A stretch of 64,000 nucleotides of DNA, taken from the NCBI RefSeq assembly GCF_009914755.1, contig NC_060947.1; one strand, given 5' to 3'. The DNA comes from the human T2T-CHM13v2.0 reference genome, Homo sapiens. Under the pieces are notes generated by a model. That model was not told the DNA's origin and made no database searches. It worked only from the letters and a program-made list of their open reading frames with translations. A program made the position numbers and the translations under genes. Within the stretch, counting starts at the first letter, position 1; each line of letters begins with the position of its first letter. Shown here one piece after another: positions 40,622 through 55,141 of this stretch.

Positions 40622-42937
40622 TGATAAGTTTTGGATGGGTCCCCACTAAAATCTCATATTGAATTGTAGTTCCCATAATCCTTACATGTCATGGGAGGGA
40701 CCTGGTGGGAGGTAATTGAATCATGGGGGTAGTTACCACCATGCAGTTCTCGTGATAGTGATTCTCATGAGATCTGATGGTTTTATAAAGGGCTTTTCCT
40801 CCACTTTGCTTTGCGCTTCTCCTTGCTGCTGCCATGTGAAGAAGGATGTGTTTGCTTCCCCTTCTGCCATGATTGTAAGTTTCCTGAGGCCTCCCCAGCC
40901 CTGCAGAACTGTGAGCCAATTAAACCTCTTTCTTTTATAAATTACCTAGTCTCAGGTATTTCTTCATAGCATCATGGGAATGGAACTAGTATAGTAAATT
41001 AGTACTGGGTAGTGGGGTGCTGCTATAATCATACCTGAAAATGTGTAAGAAACTTTGGAACTGGGTGACAGGCAAAGATTGGAACAGTTTGGAAGGTTCA
41101 GAAGAAGACAGAAAGATGTGGGAAAGTTTAGAACTTCCTAGAGACATGTTGAATGGCCTTCACCAAAATGCTGATAGTGATATGGACAATGAAGTCCAGG
41201 CTGAGGTGGTCTCAGATGGAGATGAGGAACTTGTTGGGAACTGGACTAAAGTCTCTTTGCTATGCAAAGTCTGGGATGCAGGGCATGAAGTCAATGCAAA
41301 GAGACTGGCAGCATTTTGCTTCTGCCTTAGAGATCTGTGGAAATTTGAACTTGAGAGAGATGATGTAGGGTATCTGGCAGAAGAAATTTCTAAGCGGCAA
41401 AATGTTCAAGAGGAAGCAGAGCATAAAAGCTTGTAAAATTTGCAGCCTGATGATGTGAAAGAGAAAAAAACAATTTTCTGTGGAGAAACTCAAGCTGGCT
41501 GCCGAAATTTGCATAAGTAATGAGGAGCCGAATGCTAATCACCAAGACAGTGGAGAAAATGTCTCCAGGGCATGCCGGAGGCCTTCACAGCCATCTATCC
41601 CATCACAGGCCTGGAGGCCTAGGAGGGAAAAAATGGCTTTGTGGGCCAGGCCAAAGGCTCTCCCGCTGTGTGCAGCCTTGGGACTTCAGGCCCTGCATCA
41701 GCTGCTTCAGCTCCTACTATGGCTAAAAGTGGCCAGTGTACAGCTTGGGCCATTGCGGTAGACGGTGCAAGCCCCATGCCTTGGCAGCTTACATGTGGTG
41801 TTGGTCTTGCTGGTGCACAGATGTCAAGAATTGAGGTTTGGGAACCTCCACCTAGATTTCCCAGGATGTATGGAAACACCTGGATGTCCAGGCAGAAGTT
41901 TGCTGCAGGCACAGAGCCCTCGAGGAGAACCTCTGCTAGGGCAGTGCAGAAGGGAAATGTGGGGTCAGAACTCCTAGACAGAGTCCCCACTGGGGTACTG
42001 CGTAGTGGAGCTGTGAGAAGATGGCCACCATCCTGCAGAACCCGGAGTGGTAGATCCACTGACAGTTTGTACCATGTGCCTGGAAAAGCCCCAGACACTC
42101 AATATCAGCCTGTGAAAGCAGCTGGGAGAGGTGCTGTACTCTGCAAAATCACAGGGTGGAGCTGCCTAAGGCCACAGAAGACCACTTCTTGCATCAGCAT
42201 GAGCTGGATGTGAGACATGGAGTCAAAGGAGATCATTTTTAAGCCTTTATGATTTGACTGCTCTGCTGGATTTTGGACTTTCATGGGGCCTGTAGCCCTT
42301 TCATTTTGGCCAATTTATCCCACTTGAAATGGGTATATTTACCCAATGCCTATACTCTCATTGTATCTAGGAAGTAACTAACTTGCTTTTGATTTTACAG
42401 GCTCATAGGTGGAAGGTACTTGCCTTGTCTCAGATGAGAGTTTGGACTTGGACTTTGGGGTTAATGCTGGAATGAGCTAAGACTTTGGGGGACTGCTGGA
42501 AGGGCATGATTGTGTTTTGAAATGTGACGACATGAGATTTGGGAAGGGCCAGGGGCAGAATGATATGGTTTGGCTGTGACCACCCCCCCAAATCTTATCT
42601 TGAATTGTAGCTTGCATTATCCCCATGTGTCATGGGAGGGACCCAGTGGGAGGTAATTGAATCATGGGGGTGGTTATTTCAATGCTGTTCTCATGATAGT
42701 GAGTGAGTTCTCATGAGATCTGGTGATTTCATAAAGGGCTTTTCTCTTTTTACTCAGCACTTCTCCTTGCTGCTACCATGTGAAGAAGAATGTGTTTTCT
42801 TCCCCTTCTGCCATGATTGTAAGTTTCCTGAGGCCTCCCCAGCCCTGTAGAACTGTGAGTCAATTAAACCTCTTTCCTTTATAAATTACCCAGTCTCAGG
42901 TATTTCTTTATAGCAGCCATGAGAACAGACTAATACA
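40622..42937 (+). mobile_element. Complete THE1 (C/D-like) MaLR element: 5' LTR 40622-40993, internal 40994-42560, 3' LTR 42561-42937
   Basis: Two similar LTRs (tgata...ctaataca), polypurine tract aggggcagaa before the 3' LTR, 5-bp TSD TAACT at 40617-40621 and 42938-42942. Confidence 0.97.
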
Positions 42938-43386
42938 TAACTCTTGTGAATTTTGAAATTCAGTTAAAGAAATGTTTCACTGCCTGAAATAAAGTGGCTC
43001 TCTCTGCCATCTAAACTTTTAAATTACTTAGTACTACTGGAATATAACAGAAGATTCATGCCTTTAACAGGGATGAAGCAGGAGAAATCAGTCAGAGGAA
43101 AGGAGGGTTGGTAAACTTGATCTTTGCCATCTGTTCAAATTGCACTGAGTATAGTGAATCTTTTTAACAGAAGTCATTTTTCATCTACTGTATGTGGCTT
43201 TGGCAAAAGTAGTTTATTATTGTTTTAGCTTTACACCATAGACCCAAGATATGAATAGTGGGAAGGAAATATTATTACAGCTTGGTTCCCCTGTATTCTC
43301 TAGAAGATCACTAGAATATTGATTTCCTTTTGGCCTGATTCACTGTACAATGGTTTTATATGGGTGGGTTGTAAGAAACAAGAATT

Positions 43387-43450
<64 letters not shown>

Positions 43451-43465
43451 CACACACATATATGC
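43387..43465. repeat. Compound (TA)n(CA)n microsatellite
   Basis: Read directly. Confidence 0.97.
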
Positions 43466-45344
43466 ATATATAATTATACACATACAATTTCCTGTCTGTT
43501 TATTATCCATAATAAACACCTATTTTTATTATTTCAAAATAAATTACATTGAGATTTCTTGATTTGCCTGGAGAAATAAGGACAAGGTGCCTAGCTAAAA
43601 TTAGAATTAAATGACTGGATTTTAGAGACAGGAATACGAGCTTGGCTAGGTCCCAACTTACACTATATTCAATTTAAAAATCTAAGAAATGGCAAAAGCA
43701 ATTCAACACATTTCTAGAAATTAAATGGTAAAGCCTAAGAGTGAAGGCTGAAACAATGCTACTGAATTAAGCTGCTGCAATCATTATGTACCTGTGGTTC
43801 CCAATTTTAATGTATTTTCACTGCATCAGGAAAACTTCCAGAAGACTAATAAAGGTGTTAAGAAGTAAAGCTAACTCCGACATACAGTCTCCCTGGCAAT
43901 ATATTTTTGTATTTTGTTTTGTTGTAATGCTGGTGACACTCCAGTTTGGTGCAGCCACAGGAACTGACATTTTCCAATCACTCTGGCATTTACAGCCCCC
44001 TCTTCACTCCGCATCCCACTGGGATCCTCCTCCTCAGAACTCACCGGCAAGGCTCGGCCTGCCTTCGCCACTGCCAGTCTTGTTTCATTTTGGTTTGATG
44101 AGTGGAGGTGCAGAGAGGGTGAGAGTGTTGTAACTAAGGACAGAAGTGAATGATAGCACATTTGTATTACGCAGCCACCCTTTTCTATTCCCAACTGAAG
44201 ATCACCCTTAGGGATATGTGGTTTAAAAAGTAGCTGAGAGAAATAGCCAAAGGAAGAGGAAAATGGATGCGAGAAAGAACGTGAAACGAGCCTTCATACC
44301 ACTCTCACTCCAGTCTCCCTTTCCTCTATTGCAGTTTTTCTCTTCTCTATGCTGATTTTTACTCCTCAGACAACTCTATTCCAGATTCCTTGTTTCTTCA
44401 TTTGTGAAGCTCATCTTCATCTCTGCATGTCCTTGTCTCTGTCTTACTCGAAGCCAATCTCAGGGCCATGCCCCTATACATGTTTTTATTAATCCACCCT
44501 GAGTAATATGGTTGGTAAAATTCAAAGTGATCAAAAATGCCCTTTGGGATTGCATATATAATGTGAATTCCCTTGCTACTTTATATGACTACATGAGAAA
44601 GTTTGAACTCTCTGAAATAATGATAGGGCACTATAAAATGCACGGCGTTATTAATATAATCATATTTTTTCATGTTATAAGTACCAGAAATAGCAGGTGT
44701 CTGTATTCTGCTAACAAGCTCTGTAGCTACACATGCTGACATACTGGGAGTTCTAGAGGCAGTTCTAAATAAGTATAAAAATGCAACAAATGGCAAACCA
44801 TTTATTAATCTCTTTAAGCTAAATTTTTTTCAAGTTATTTTTACAGTATCTTTTAAAACAAAATCCCATATGAAAGTAAATAAATTCTAAAAATTATAAA
44901 GCCTAGAATTTCACAGCATTGCCCAAATAGTTATGAGCTTTGTCCATATGTCAGTAGAGTTACAGTAAACTTAGTGATTAAGTTTTTCACTCAACACATT
45001 TCCAATAATTGCTTTTTCTGGATAGTGCACTGTACTAAATCCTATGGGAGATACACAAATACATAAACAATAGTCCTTATGCTCTAGAATTTTAAAGTTT
45101 GGTTATAATGGAAAGCGTATAGTCAAATAAACCCACAGATGAATGTCAAATAAATGAAGCACATAATGTATAGTATAGGAATTTAGAGTAGGAACAAATC
45201 CTTTTTGGAGAAAATGATTGTAGAAGTTAAAAGGAGCAGACAGCATTTAAACTGGACACTGAAATAAAATTCTACTTGGCAGAAAATTGAAGAGGTGATT
45301 AAAATAGCAATAACAACAGCAATTTTAATAATAATAACAACAAA

Positions 45345-45560
45345 GCAATCATGATGAAGTTCATTTTTGGAGCATGTCCTATATAATAATTTCAATGTTA
45401 ACCCTTTATCTGTCTTATTTCATTTAATATTCAAAACAACCCAATGAGCTAGGAACTATCATTATGCTATTTTCAAAGATGAGGAAATTTGAACTTAGGG
45501 GAATAAAACAATTGGTCAAGAATATAGGGAATATAAATAAAAAGACCATAGTTTGAAAAT
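45345..45560 (-). mobile_element. MIR
   Basis: caacccaatgagctaggaactatcattat...agatgaggaaattga-like core. Confidence 0.7.
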
Positions 45561-45594
45561 AGGCTATTGTACAACATTCAAGCAAATGTACTGG

Positions 45595-46078
45595 TTCCAG
45601 TCTGTTTGTCTTAGATTCATTCATTGTTCTTTCTTGTCTCTATTTTGTGTCACATGATAGCAGACCCATACATGCAGCTTACTTTTTACCAGATTCAGCC
45701 AAATAGAGACACTGATGGGATATGACGGGTTAGAAAGAAGCTAAGAGATTTCTCTCCATTGTCTCTCTACTTTGGTTACCTCTTCCAGCAGCCACTGTGT
45801 AACCTCCCTGGCTCTACTATGTGTGAGACAAAACACGTATGGTCCAGTATTGACCAGGTTATCTGGCCCTGGGCTCCCTCACAATCTTCTCCTTAACTGT
45901 CCAGTATAGGAGTTGATTGAAGTAGATTCCTGTTCTTGCTAATCCCTCCATTATCCTGCTAGCCCTTCTTTACTTCTCAGCAATTTCATCACTGGTGCTA
46001 CTAATTTCCACTATCAAACTCCCATTTGTAGAGACTTGATGTGATTTCTATTTTATTTTTATCTATGAGCAGGTACAA
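45595..46078 (+). mobile_element. LTR33-like ERVL solo LTR
   Basis: agattcagccaaatagagacactgatggga...ttcttgctaatccct...tgtgatttcta...taca. Confidence 0.6.
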
Positions 46079-46489
46079 TAAAATAAAATTTCAAAATATA
46101 TTTAATAGAAAGGACACAAGCAAAGATTTCAAAGTGAGGAAATAGTAGCCACATTTACAAAGCTAATGGACTAGTTTTATTGGAGTAGGGAACTCAGGAA
46201 GTGGAATTCTGAGAATGAGTTTTGAAGGTACAAGATGGTGGATGAGTTTGAATGGTGGGGTTTATGCAACAGGAAATACAGAGTGATTCAAAGTTTGGAA
46301 AGAGTAATCTGAAATTCAGCAGTATGGGTTTGGTGAAGGAATGATGTCAAAGAAAAACTGCACCAAATTGAGTAAACGGGCAAGGAAGAATATTGCAACA
46401 GGAGTCAAGATGATTACAAAAGGAAGAGAGATTGCACTCAACTCTGCTGATGTAGAAAAATGGGAGAGATGTTAAGTGCCAAAGATAGC

Positions 46490-46856
46490 TAGTGGAAAAG
46501 AACTGGAGGACCTCAGGGAGGAAGTTGGTCAATGTGATTAGGCCATCTGTGTGTGCTAATTGATGCTTATCTAAGTTAGGCTCCTACCCTCCCACAGAGA
46601 CTGAAAATAGGGGTGCTATCTTTCTTGATGTTTACATTTCAAAGGGATGGCTTCCAGGTCCTTGAGAAAGACATTCCTGGGTTATAAAAGTCAGAAGACG
46701 CTGGGGGATTTATATCTCAGAGGGGCAAAGAATTTACAATTGTACTTTTTCTAAAGTAAATGCCTTAAGAAAAGAAAGGTCAGGGACCTACAGTCAAGAA
46801 GAAACCTGTCTAAAATTTAGTCAAGCTGAGGAGAACATTAAGGACATCTTGATCAG
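46490..46856 (-). mobile_element. ERV1-class solo LTR (MER93/MER67-like)
   Basis: Reverse complement starts tgatcaagatgtccttaatgttctcctcagcttgactaaattttagacaggtttcttc. Confidence 0.7.
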
Positions 46857-47882
46857 TGAATAAAATTAAGGAGACCAGTAGAAGGTCATATAAGGTCATA
46901 ATCTAAAGGTGTAGCAGAGAAAATGTGTAAAAATAATCAACAGAAATTGTCTGCTGGTTAGATATAGGTCAGGAAGAATAAGAAAGGGCAAATACAAGGT
47001 AAACTCAACTATTTTTCTCAGAGGGATGTGGCTTTAATATAAATGAAATAAGTGGAAATAATAACCCATTGGTATAAGGGGAAAGCCAATTGAATGGATG
47101 ACCAATTCGAATTACTAGATTGATAATAGTCATTAACCAGTCGAGGACTAGCAAACCTCCAACAACATTTATTAGATGTATTTCTGTCTGAGAGAATGGA
47201 GAAATATTAATTATTTAAATGTAACCACTACTTTGTTTCCATGTGGTTTTTAAAAACATATTTTGAAGACCAATAATGGGAAAGTAATATGTATCACTAA
47301 AACCTTGAAGTGAATAACATAATTTGATCCTATTTTTATCTTTCTCTAGGTAAAGGAGAAAAAAAAAAGATAGGGACGAAATAAACAAGAATGAGGTGAT
47401 GTTTGCCCACATTGTGGGTCAATGTTTTCATATATTTATCTCATGTAATTCTCAAACAACCATGAAGCATGAAGAAGATATTATCTACCCCATCTTCAGA
47501 TTAAACTTTGTTTACAAGGTAACAACCAATTGCAGAGCTGCCTTTGAATCTAAGTCTACCGAACTTCAAGATCTATACTCTGTTTGCTACAACAAGGTGC
47601 TTGGGATAAGTAGACTTCAATGAGCAGAGAAATTGATTGGAACTTGCATGAAATGATGACAAGTTTTTCTGATCAAAGGCCTTTGCTCTGCTAATGCATC
47701 AAATTACAGGTGGTTTCCTCACAAACACTCAATTTTTGCAGAGCTATTCACACTTCAGGTGAAAGTATATTTTTTTTTCAAGGATTAACCATTATTATTG
47801 GCTTTTCATATGTTAACTAAATCCATGCTGTTGTTGGAGGCAGTGCTACAGTTTGATGTGCTTGTTTGCCATGATGCAACTT

Positions 47883-47901
47883 GGTCGCCCTCTGGAGGCT
47901 A
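47883..47901 (-). promoter_or_regulatory. Candidate CTCF motif
   Basis: TAGCCTCCAGAGGGCGACC against consensus TGGCCACCAGGGGGCGCTA. Confidence 0.45.
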
Positions 47902-48780
47902 TTTTTAGGATTGACTAGCAAGTCTTAATTTTGAAGAAAGGTCTTAACAATTTAACAACTCATTTTAAAGGTGTGGAAATTATGTATATATCATACTTAA
48001 TTTTAAAGTTTCAAAGCATTGGGTCCAAAATATTGAGAGACTATTTTAAAATGTTCAATTTAACATTTTATGGCACAGAATATTTGGAATTTCACTTTCC
48101 CTTTGGAAATACAGATGGTCATGATTCCCTTTTCATCATGGAAAATCTATCTATACTGGGGTTCTTTTTTTCTTCCCCACTAAGAACACAAGGGCAATTA
48201 GCTCTATATAATAAAAAATAAACTATATGATATAATATTTTTCACTTTATTGGAAACAAAATCTGTGGTTTTAGGTACAGAAACCCATCTCTATATTTCC
48301 AGATTATTTGTATTTTCCTTTCTACCAGAGACAAAAGATGACAGCTTACAAAGATCTTTCTAAACAGAATGTCTTGAAGGATAAAAATGTTTTGTTCCCT
48401 AGTTCGTTCTTTTCAGTTTTTTTGTTGAAAGAGTATTATTCCAGTTAGTGAAAAATATACAGGCAAAGTGTTTTCCATATATTTATGACAGCTGCCATGA
48501 CTTAGCTATAACTATTTTTCACAAAGTAAGCAGTTATGAGTTGCAACTTTAAACCTAGTGATTCTTTATTTGATTAAATGAATGTCAGCTTTTAAACAAA
48601 TGAGCAGATGGAGAAGTCAGCCTCAGTCATTATTTGGAGTACATCATACAACCAGAGTTGTATAAAAGTCCTGTAACATGAATTTGTTATGGAGGTCTCT
48701 CCAGTCTCCTGAGACCATTTCACACTGTTTCTCACTGTGACTTTATATTCCATTGCTAAATGTTTTAGTGCAGTGTTTGA

Positions 48781-49147
<367 letters not shown>

Positions 49148-49856
49148 GACCCTGAAATATTTAACAAGACAAATACATAATGCTTACTACATGGCTTCCT
49201 TATATCACTCCTCAGTTATTTCCTTGTAACAACTGGACACAGCCCCAGGGCCCTATCCAGCAGAAAGGTGGTGTCAAGCACTGCGTGTTGTATTCTATGA
49301 TCTTTGGCCCTCCAATTGCCTTTTAGCCACTTTCTTGACACCTCAACACATGTTCCAGCAGAACATTTCTTAAGGCACAGACTTTTAGGGAGTCTTGAAT
49401 CCATGCTGGAAATGGAGAGGGGAGAATGGAGGAAGAGAAGGGAAAAATACAGGAAAGACAAACACAAATATTTTTTATAAATCTTTCAGCCACAAAAATT
49501 ATAGGCACCATGCAGAGCAAGTGGGGAAATTTAGATTCATGCATTAATTTACCAATTAGAATGACAGATAAGAGTGAATAAAGAAGTATCTAAGAGGTAA
49601 ATTGGATAGGATTGGCAATTGATAGGATATAGTGGATGATGAGAGAGGGTGAAGTCAAAGTTAATGGCTAGACTTCTGGTTTATATAACTGAATGAATGG
49701 GGCCACCATACACTAAGACAAACAAAGATGGAGCAGGACAGATTAGAGGTTGCGGGAGAGCATGCATATGTTGAGTTTTATGTTTATTTAAAATAAACAG
49801 GTTGAGATGTTAAATAGGTACTGGATATACAGAATTTAAAACTGAGGTCTTGGATA

Positions 49857-50740
49857 CAGCAGGTCCTCAAATAACGAAGTTTCATTTAACATCATTTAGT
49901 CATAAAGTTGATGAGAAAAAAAAATTAACTCCCACCTGAGGCCACAGTCTACGTGGAGTTTGCACATTTTCCCCATGTCTGTGTGGGTTTTGGCCTCATA
50001 CTCTGGTTGCTTCCCACATCCCAAAGCTGTGCACATTAGCTGAATTGGCATGTCTACATGGTTCCAGTTTGAGTGAGTATGAGTGTGTGAGTGAGTGTGA
50101 CCTACGATTGGATGGCTTCCCTGCCAGGGCTGGTTTTTGCCTGGAACCCTGAGATGCTGGGATAGGTTCCCATCACCCACCATTCTGAAATGAAATAAGC
50201 AGGATGGAAAATGAATGAATGAATGAATGAATGAGTACAAATTATTGTCAAGTAAAAATTTGTTAAGTACATGACAATCCTACAAATGCACATTTATTAT
50301 CATGCCAAAAGTGCTCAGGGAGCATGCTATATTTCCTATTATTTGTTTTTGAACTTTATGGTACAAGGGGGTACTCCTGAAAATTTTCACTTTGCAAACA
50401 TTTATTTCATAATTTAACCCATCACTGCTGTGACTGCCATCATTCACTGATTCACCAAAAAAAAAAAAAAAAAAAGTGGATCACTAACTATCTTACTTGA
50501 TTTTATCAATTTAACTTAAATGTATGTGTAGCTCACATTTATTTCAATGTTTAATATTAGAAGTGTTTTTGTTTTTTATTTATAAGTTTGGTGATGGTTT
50601 TGTTACCAAAAATAGTCCATTAGAACTTATCTCTTATTTATATCTACTAGCCTATGGAAAAATTGGTTTCATTATGCATAGTTTTGCTTAAAGTCAGAGT
50701 TTTCAAAAATCTATCCACAATGTTAAAAGAGGACTTATTG
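49857..50740 (+). mobile_element. MER6 (TcMar-Tigger non-autonomous element), full length, TA TSD
   Basis: ta|cagcaggtcctcaaataacg ... gttaaaagaggacttattg|ta; internal gtggagtttgcacattttccccatgtctgtgtgggtttt and (GAAT)n. Confidence 0.9.
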
Positions 50741-51105
50741 TACATGTATGTCCAATTTTCATGGGGGTGGAAATTAAAGCTGTGGAAAGAATTTATATTT
50801 CCATAAAATATCTTGATAATTTTATAGAAACCCACATATTTTATGCTACTAAAGTGAGAGAATATAATAGTCTAGAATTGAATTTTGAAAAATTTCAACA
50901 CTTAATGTTTGGAAAGAAGATGTATCTGCAAAAGAGATGGAGATTGAGCAACCACAGAGATAAGCGAAAACCAGGAGAGTCTTAGCCCAAGGAAAATTAA
51001 ACTTAAAAGAGGGAAGCAAATTCTACTTACAGATCAAGTAACTATAAGATTGTATCTTTTAGTTTATTGAGGACATAGAGCCCCAAGGCCCAAGCCAACA
51101 AGAAT

Positions 51106-51433
<328 letters not shown>

Positions 51434-52399
51434 TTAGAAGTAGACTAAAGAATGAGTAGGTGATGAAGTGAAGATACTGAATACAGAAAAAAACATTTCT
51501 TAGGAATTGAAAAATTATGGTTTTGAAAAAGAGGAGAGGGGAAAGATAATCAAAGCAGAGGATGTGTGGAAAAATGGTGAGTTTGATTTTGCATTTCTTC
51601 TTTGTTTTATTCTTCTTTTTAACCGTTTTTTCCCTAATTTGGAAGATGTTTTAATGCTAATGGAAGGGTGAGAAAAATATATTAAATAATATAAGGATTC
51701 TGAGAAGGTAGAAGTAGATGTAATCCAAAGCAGGATTGAAGAAATTGCCTTTAGTATAAACAGGGCTTTTGTTCTATTAAATGACCAAAGGGGATAAAGA
51801 TGGGAGCAGAGCTGGTAAATGCATTATGTTCACTAACAGAAAATTTCCTCTCTAATGTCTTTTATTTTCTTTTCTGTGAATTAGAAGAGATTATCTCCTG
51901 ATAGTACAGCAAATGGTGGGAATATAGACAGTTAAAGATAGTGTGGAATGATAGAAAAACACATTGTAAAGAATGTAATGACTGTTCCTGATAAACGAAG
52001 CAGAATTAAAGGTCAATATTGAAGGATCTTTGATGTCACTGATCATGAATTTATAAAGGAAACAATCTAAACCTTTATGTAATTTTCTCAGGTAGCCTTT
52101 TAAAGGTAGAGGTCAAAAAAAGTGAAAGCAGTGGTTTCGGGTTTATCCATGTTTGGATACAATGAAAAGACACTAGAGCAAGGGAGTTTAGAATACAATC
52201 AGAAATAATAGGCATTGGAATCTAAAATAATAAGGAAGGATGTAAAGGCAATATTAGGAGAAAATAAAGAAGAAAATAGACTTGTTTCAAAGTACAATCA
52301 TGGTACAGCTGCGATTTGAACAACTAAACTGGAATGTGAGAAGTTTGTTTCAAGGGCACGCTTGTGTTAATGATTTGGGAGGTGGAACTGTATAATTTT

Positions 52400-53175
<776 letters not shown>

Positions 53176-53949
53176 TCCCAGGAAACAGACCTTCAAAATA
53201 AGACTACAGAATTGTTGTTTATCTCTTTGAGCTTGAATGTAGTAATGACCTCAGTACCAATGTAAAGAAAACAAGCACTTCTTCCAACCAGTGGAAGCAT
53301 GATTATTTAAGTTACCACCAGTGTTTGTTTTGGATAAATTGCCAGTCAAATAAAATCCTTTTGGAGGTCAAGTGTCTACTGTGTTCATTGTGGTAATAAT
53401 ATCTATAAGCACTGTGGGGTACATTAGCTGCTTCTGACAACACCAGAGAGCTTACAAGATGCAAATGATAAGTTGAGTGTTAAACCTCTCAGATCAACGC
53501 ATGGGAAGAGACATAGACAGCCCCTATGAGGGACTTAAATGTTTCTCAGGTTTTGTAGCCATAGAGCAGACATGGCTGAGGATCAAGCTTCAAATCTAAA
53601 TTTGTGGGTTGCAGAATTAAAATAAAAGCTCAATGCCCATCTTTGTATTGAGTCTCATAGATTAACATCAGGACATCGATCAAGAAAAAATTCAGTATTA
53701 AAGATTTAAGGTAAGGACAGGCAGGCAGACTAAGATTAATATGAAAACTTTTACCTTAAAACTTCCTGACGTTTCCTTGACAGTGAAAACAAACCTTCAT
53801 CTCCCAACCCCAGTCTGAGGAAATTCAGCAATGTCTTTTGCTAAACATACTTCTAAAGACCTTTTCTGGAGTACTTAATTTTCAAAGAGTGTCTACTTTT
53901 CTCAAGACCCACTCACATTAGCACTTATTTTTTCCCAGCCTGTAACTAT

Positions 53950-54484
53950 TCAGAGAGGAGAAAGAAAAAGAAATCTGTCAAGCAGACAGTTGGGATGGGT
54001 CCTTGGTAAAACTCCTTCAAACAGAAAAACACCCAGAAAAATCAAAGCTACAGGCACAGATAGAGCAGCCTGGGGAAAAATCAAGTTACAGTTGCACTAA
54101 TAAGGGAGCAAGGCCCAACATAGAAACGTCTTTGTTCTTTGTGTAATCAGTGGGATCCCAGGAAAAAGTTTCCTCCCTTTTTCAGGCATGTACATGGTGG
54201 GCTCCATGGGAACTTGCACAGGGGGGTGGGGGCTTACCTAAAACACACAGTTGCATAAACAAGAGAAGCTGCATTTTGTACTTGCCTAAGAGATGCCCGC
54301 AGCTGCACAGATAAAGAGAGTTACAGACAGCTACACAGATAATGGAAGTTACACAAACAGCTACAAAGATGAGGGGAGTTTCTCATACAAGCTTTTGGAT
54401 TCAACTGTAAAAACGACAACCCTCTTTCAGGCCCCCTCTCCGCTGTGGAGAGCTTTCTTCTTTCACTTATTAAACTTTCGCTCT
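53950..54484 (+). mobile_element. ERV1-class LTR (MER61/LTR9-like), 3' end missing
   Basis: gcagacagtt.ggatgggtccttggtaaaactcc...cccctctccgctgtggagagctttcttctttcacttattaaactttcgct. Confidence 0.75.
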
Positions 54485-54790
54485 GGCTGGGCGCGATGGC
54501 TCACACCTGTAATCCCAGCACTTTGGGAGGCCGAGGCGGGCAGATCATGAGGTCAGGAGTTCAAGACCAGCCTGGCCAAGATGGTGAAACCCCATCTCTA
54601 CTAAAAATACAAAAATTAGCCGGGCATGGTGGTAGGCGCCTGTAATCTCAGCTACTCAGGAGGCTGAGGCAGGGAATTGCTTGAACTCGGGAGGCAGAGG
54701 TTGCAGTGAGCCGAGATTGTGCCACTGCAATCCAGCCTGGGTGACAGAGCGAGACTCTGTCTCAAAAGTAAAAATGAATAAAATAAAATA
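54485..54790 (+). mobile_element. AluSg-like, full length
   Basis: gatcatgaggtcaggagttcaagaccagcctggccaagatgg. Confidence 0.96.
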
Positions 54791-55141
54791 GAGCATATAA
54801 TGTGAATTTTTCTCCAAGTCCTCCTCAAAGTGGTTTGTAACAATTTTCTAGGGGGATTGTTTAACAAGAAAAGGGGGAAACTCAGAATTTTTCAGAGATT
54901 ATTAAGCTAATTTCACATATCTGAGGTTCAAAAACATCACTGTGATCTTCAGGTCATAGTGGGGTTTATGGAGGTCATATGATAATTGGAGACTTGATAT
55001 AAATTCACCTCACTATAACGTCTGTGGATTCAGTAAGCTACACTATATTTCCCCATGCCTGAATGCATTGTTGGAGACATACTTAGAAAAAAGAAAACAA
55101 AATTCTCATCCATAGCAAGAGCTATTAAGATGGAAAGGGCC

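Noticed and set aside
41041-42213. Long ORFs of 131, 159 and 190 aa
   Set aside because: They lie in the THE1 internal region and are decayed MaLR sequence, not host genes
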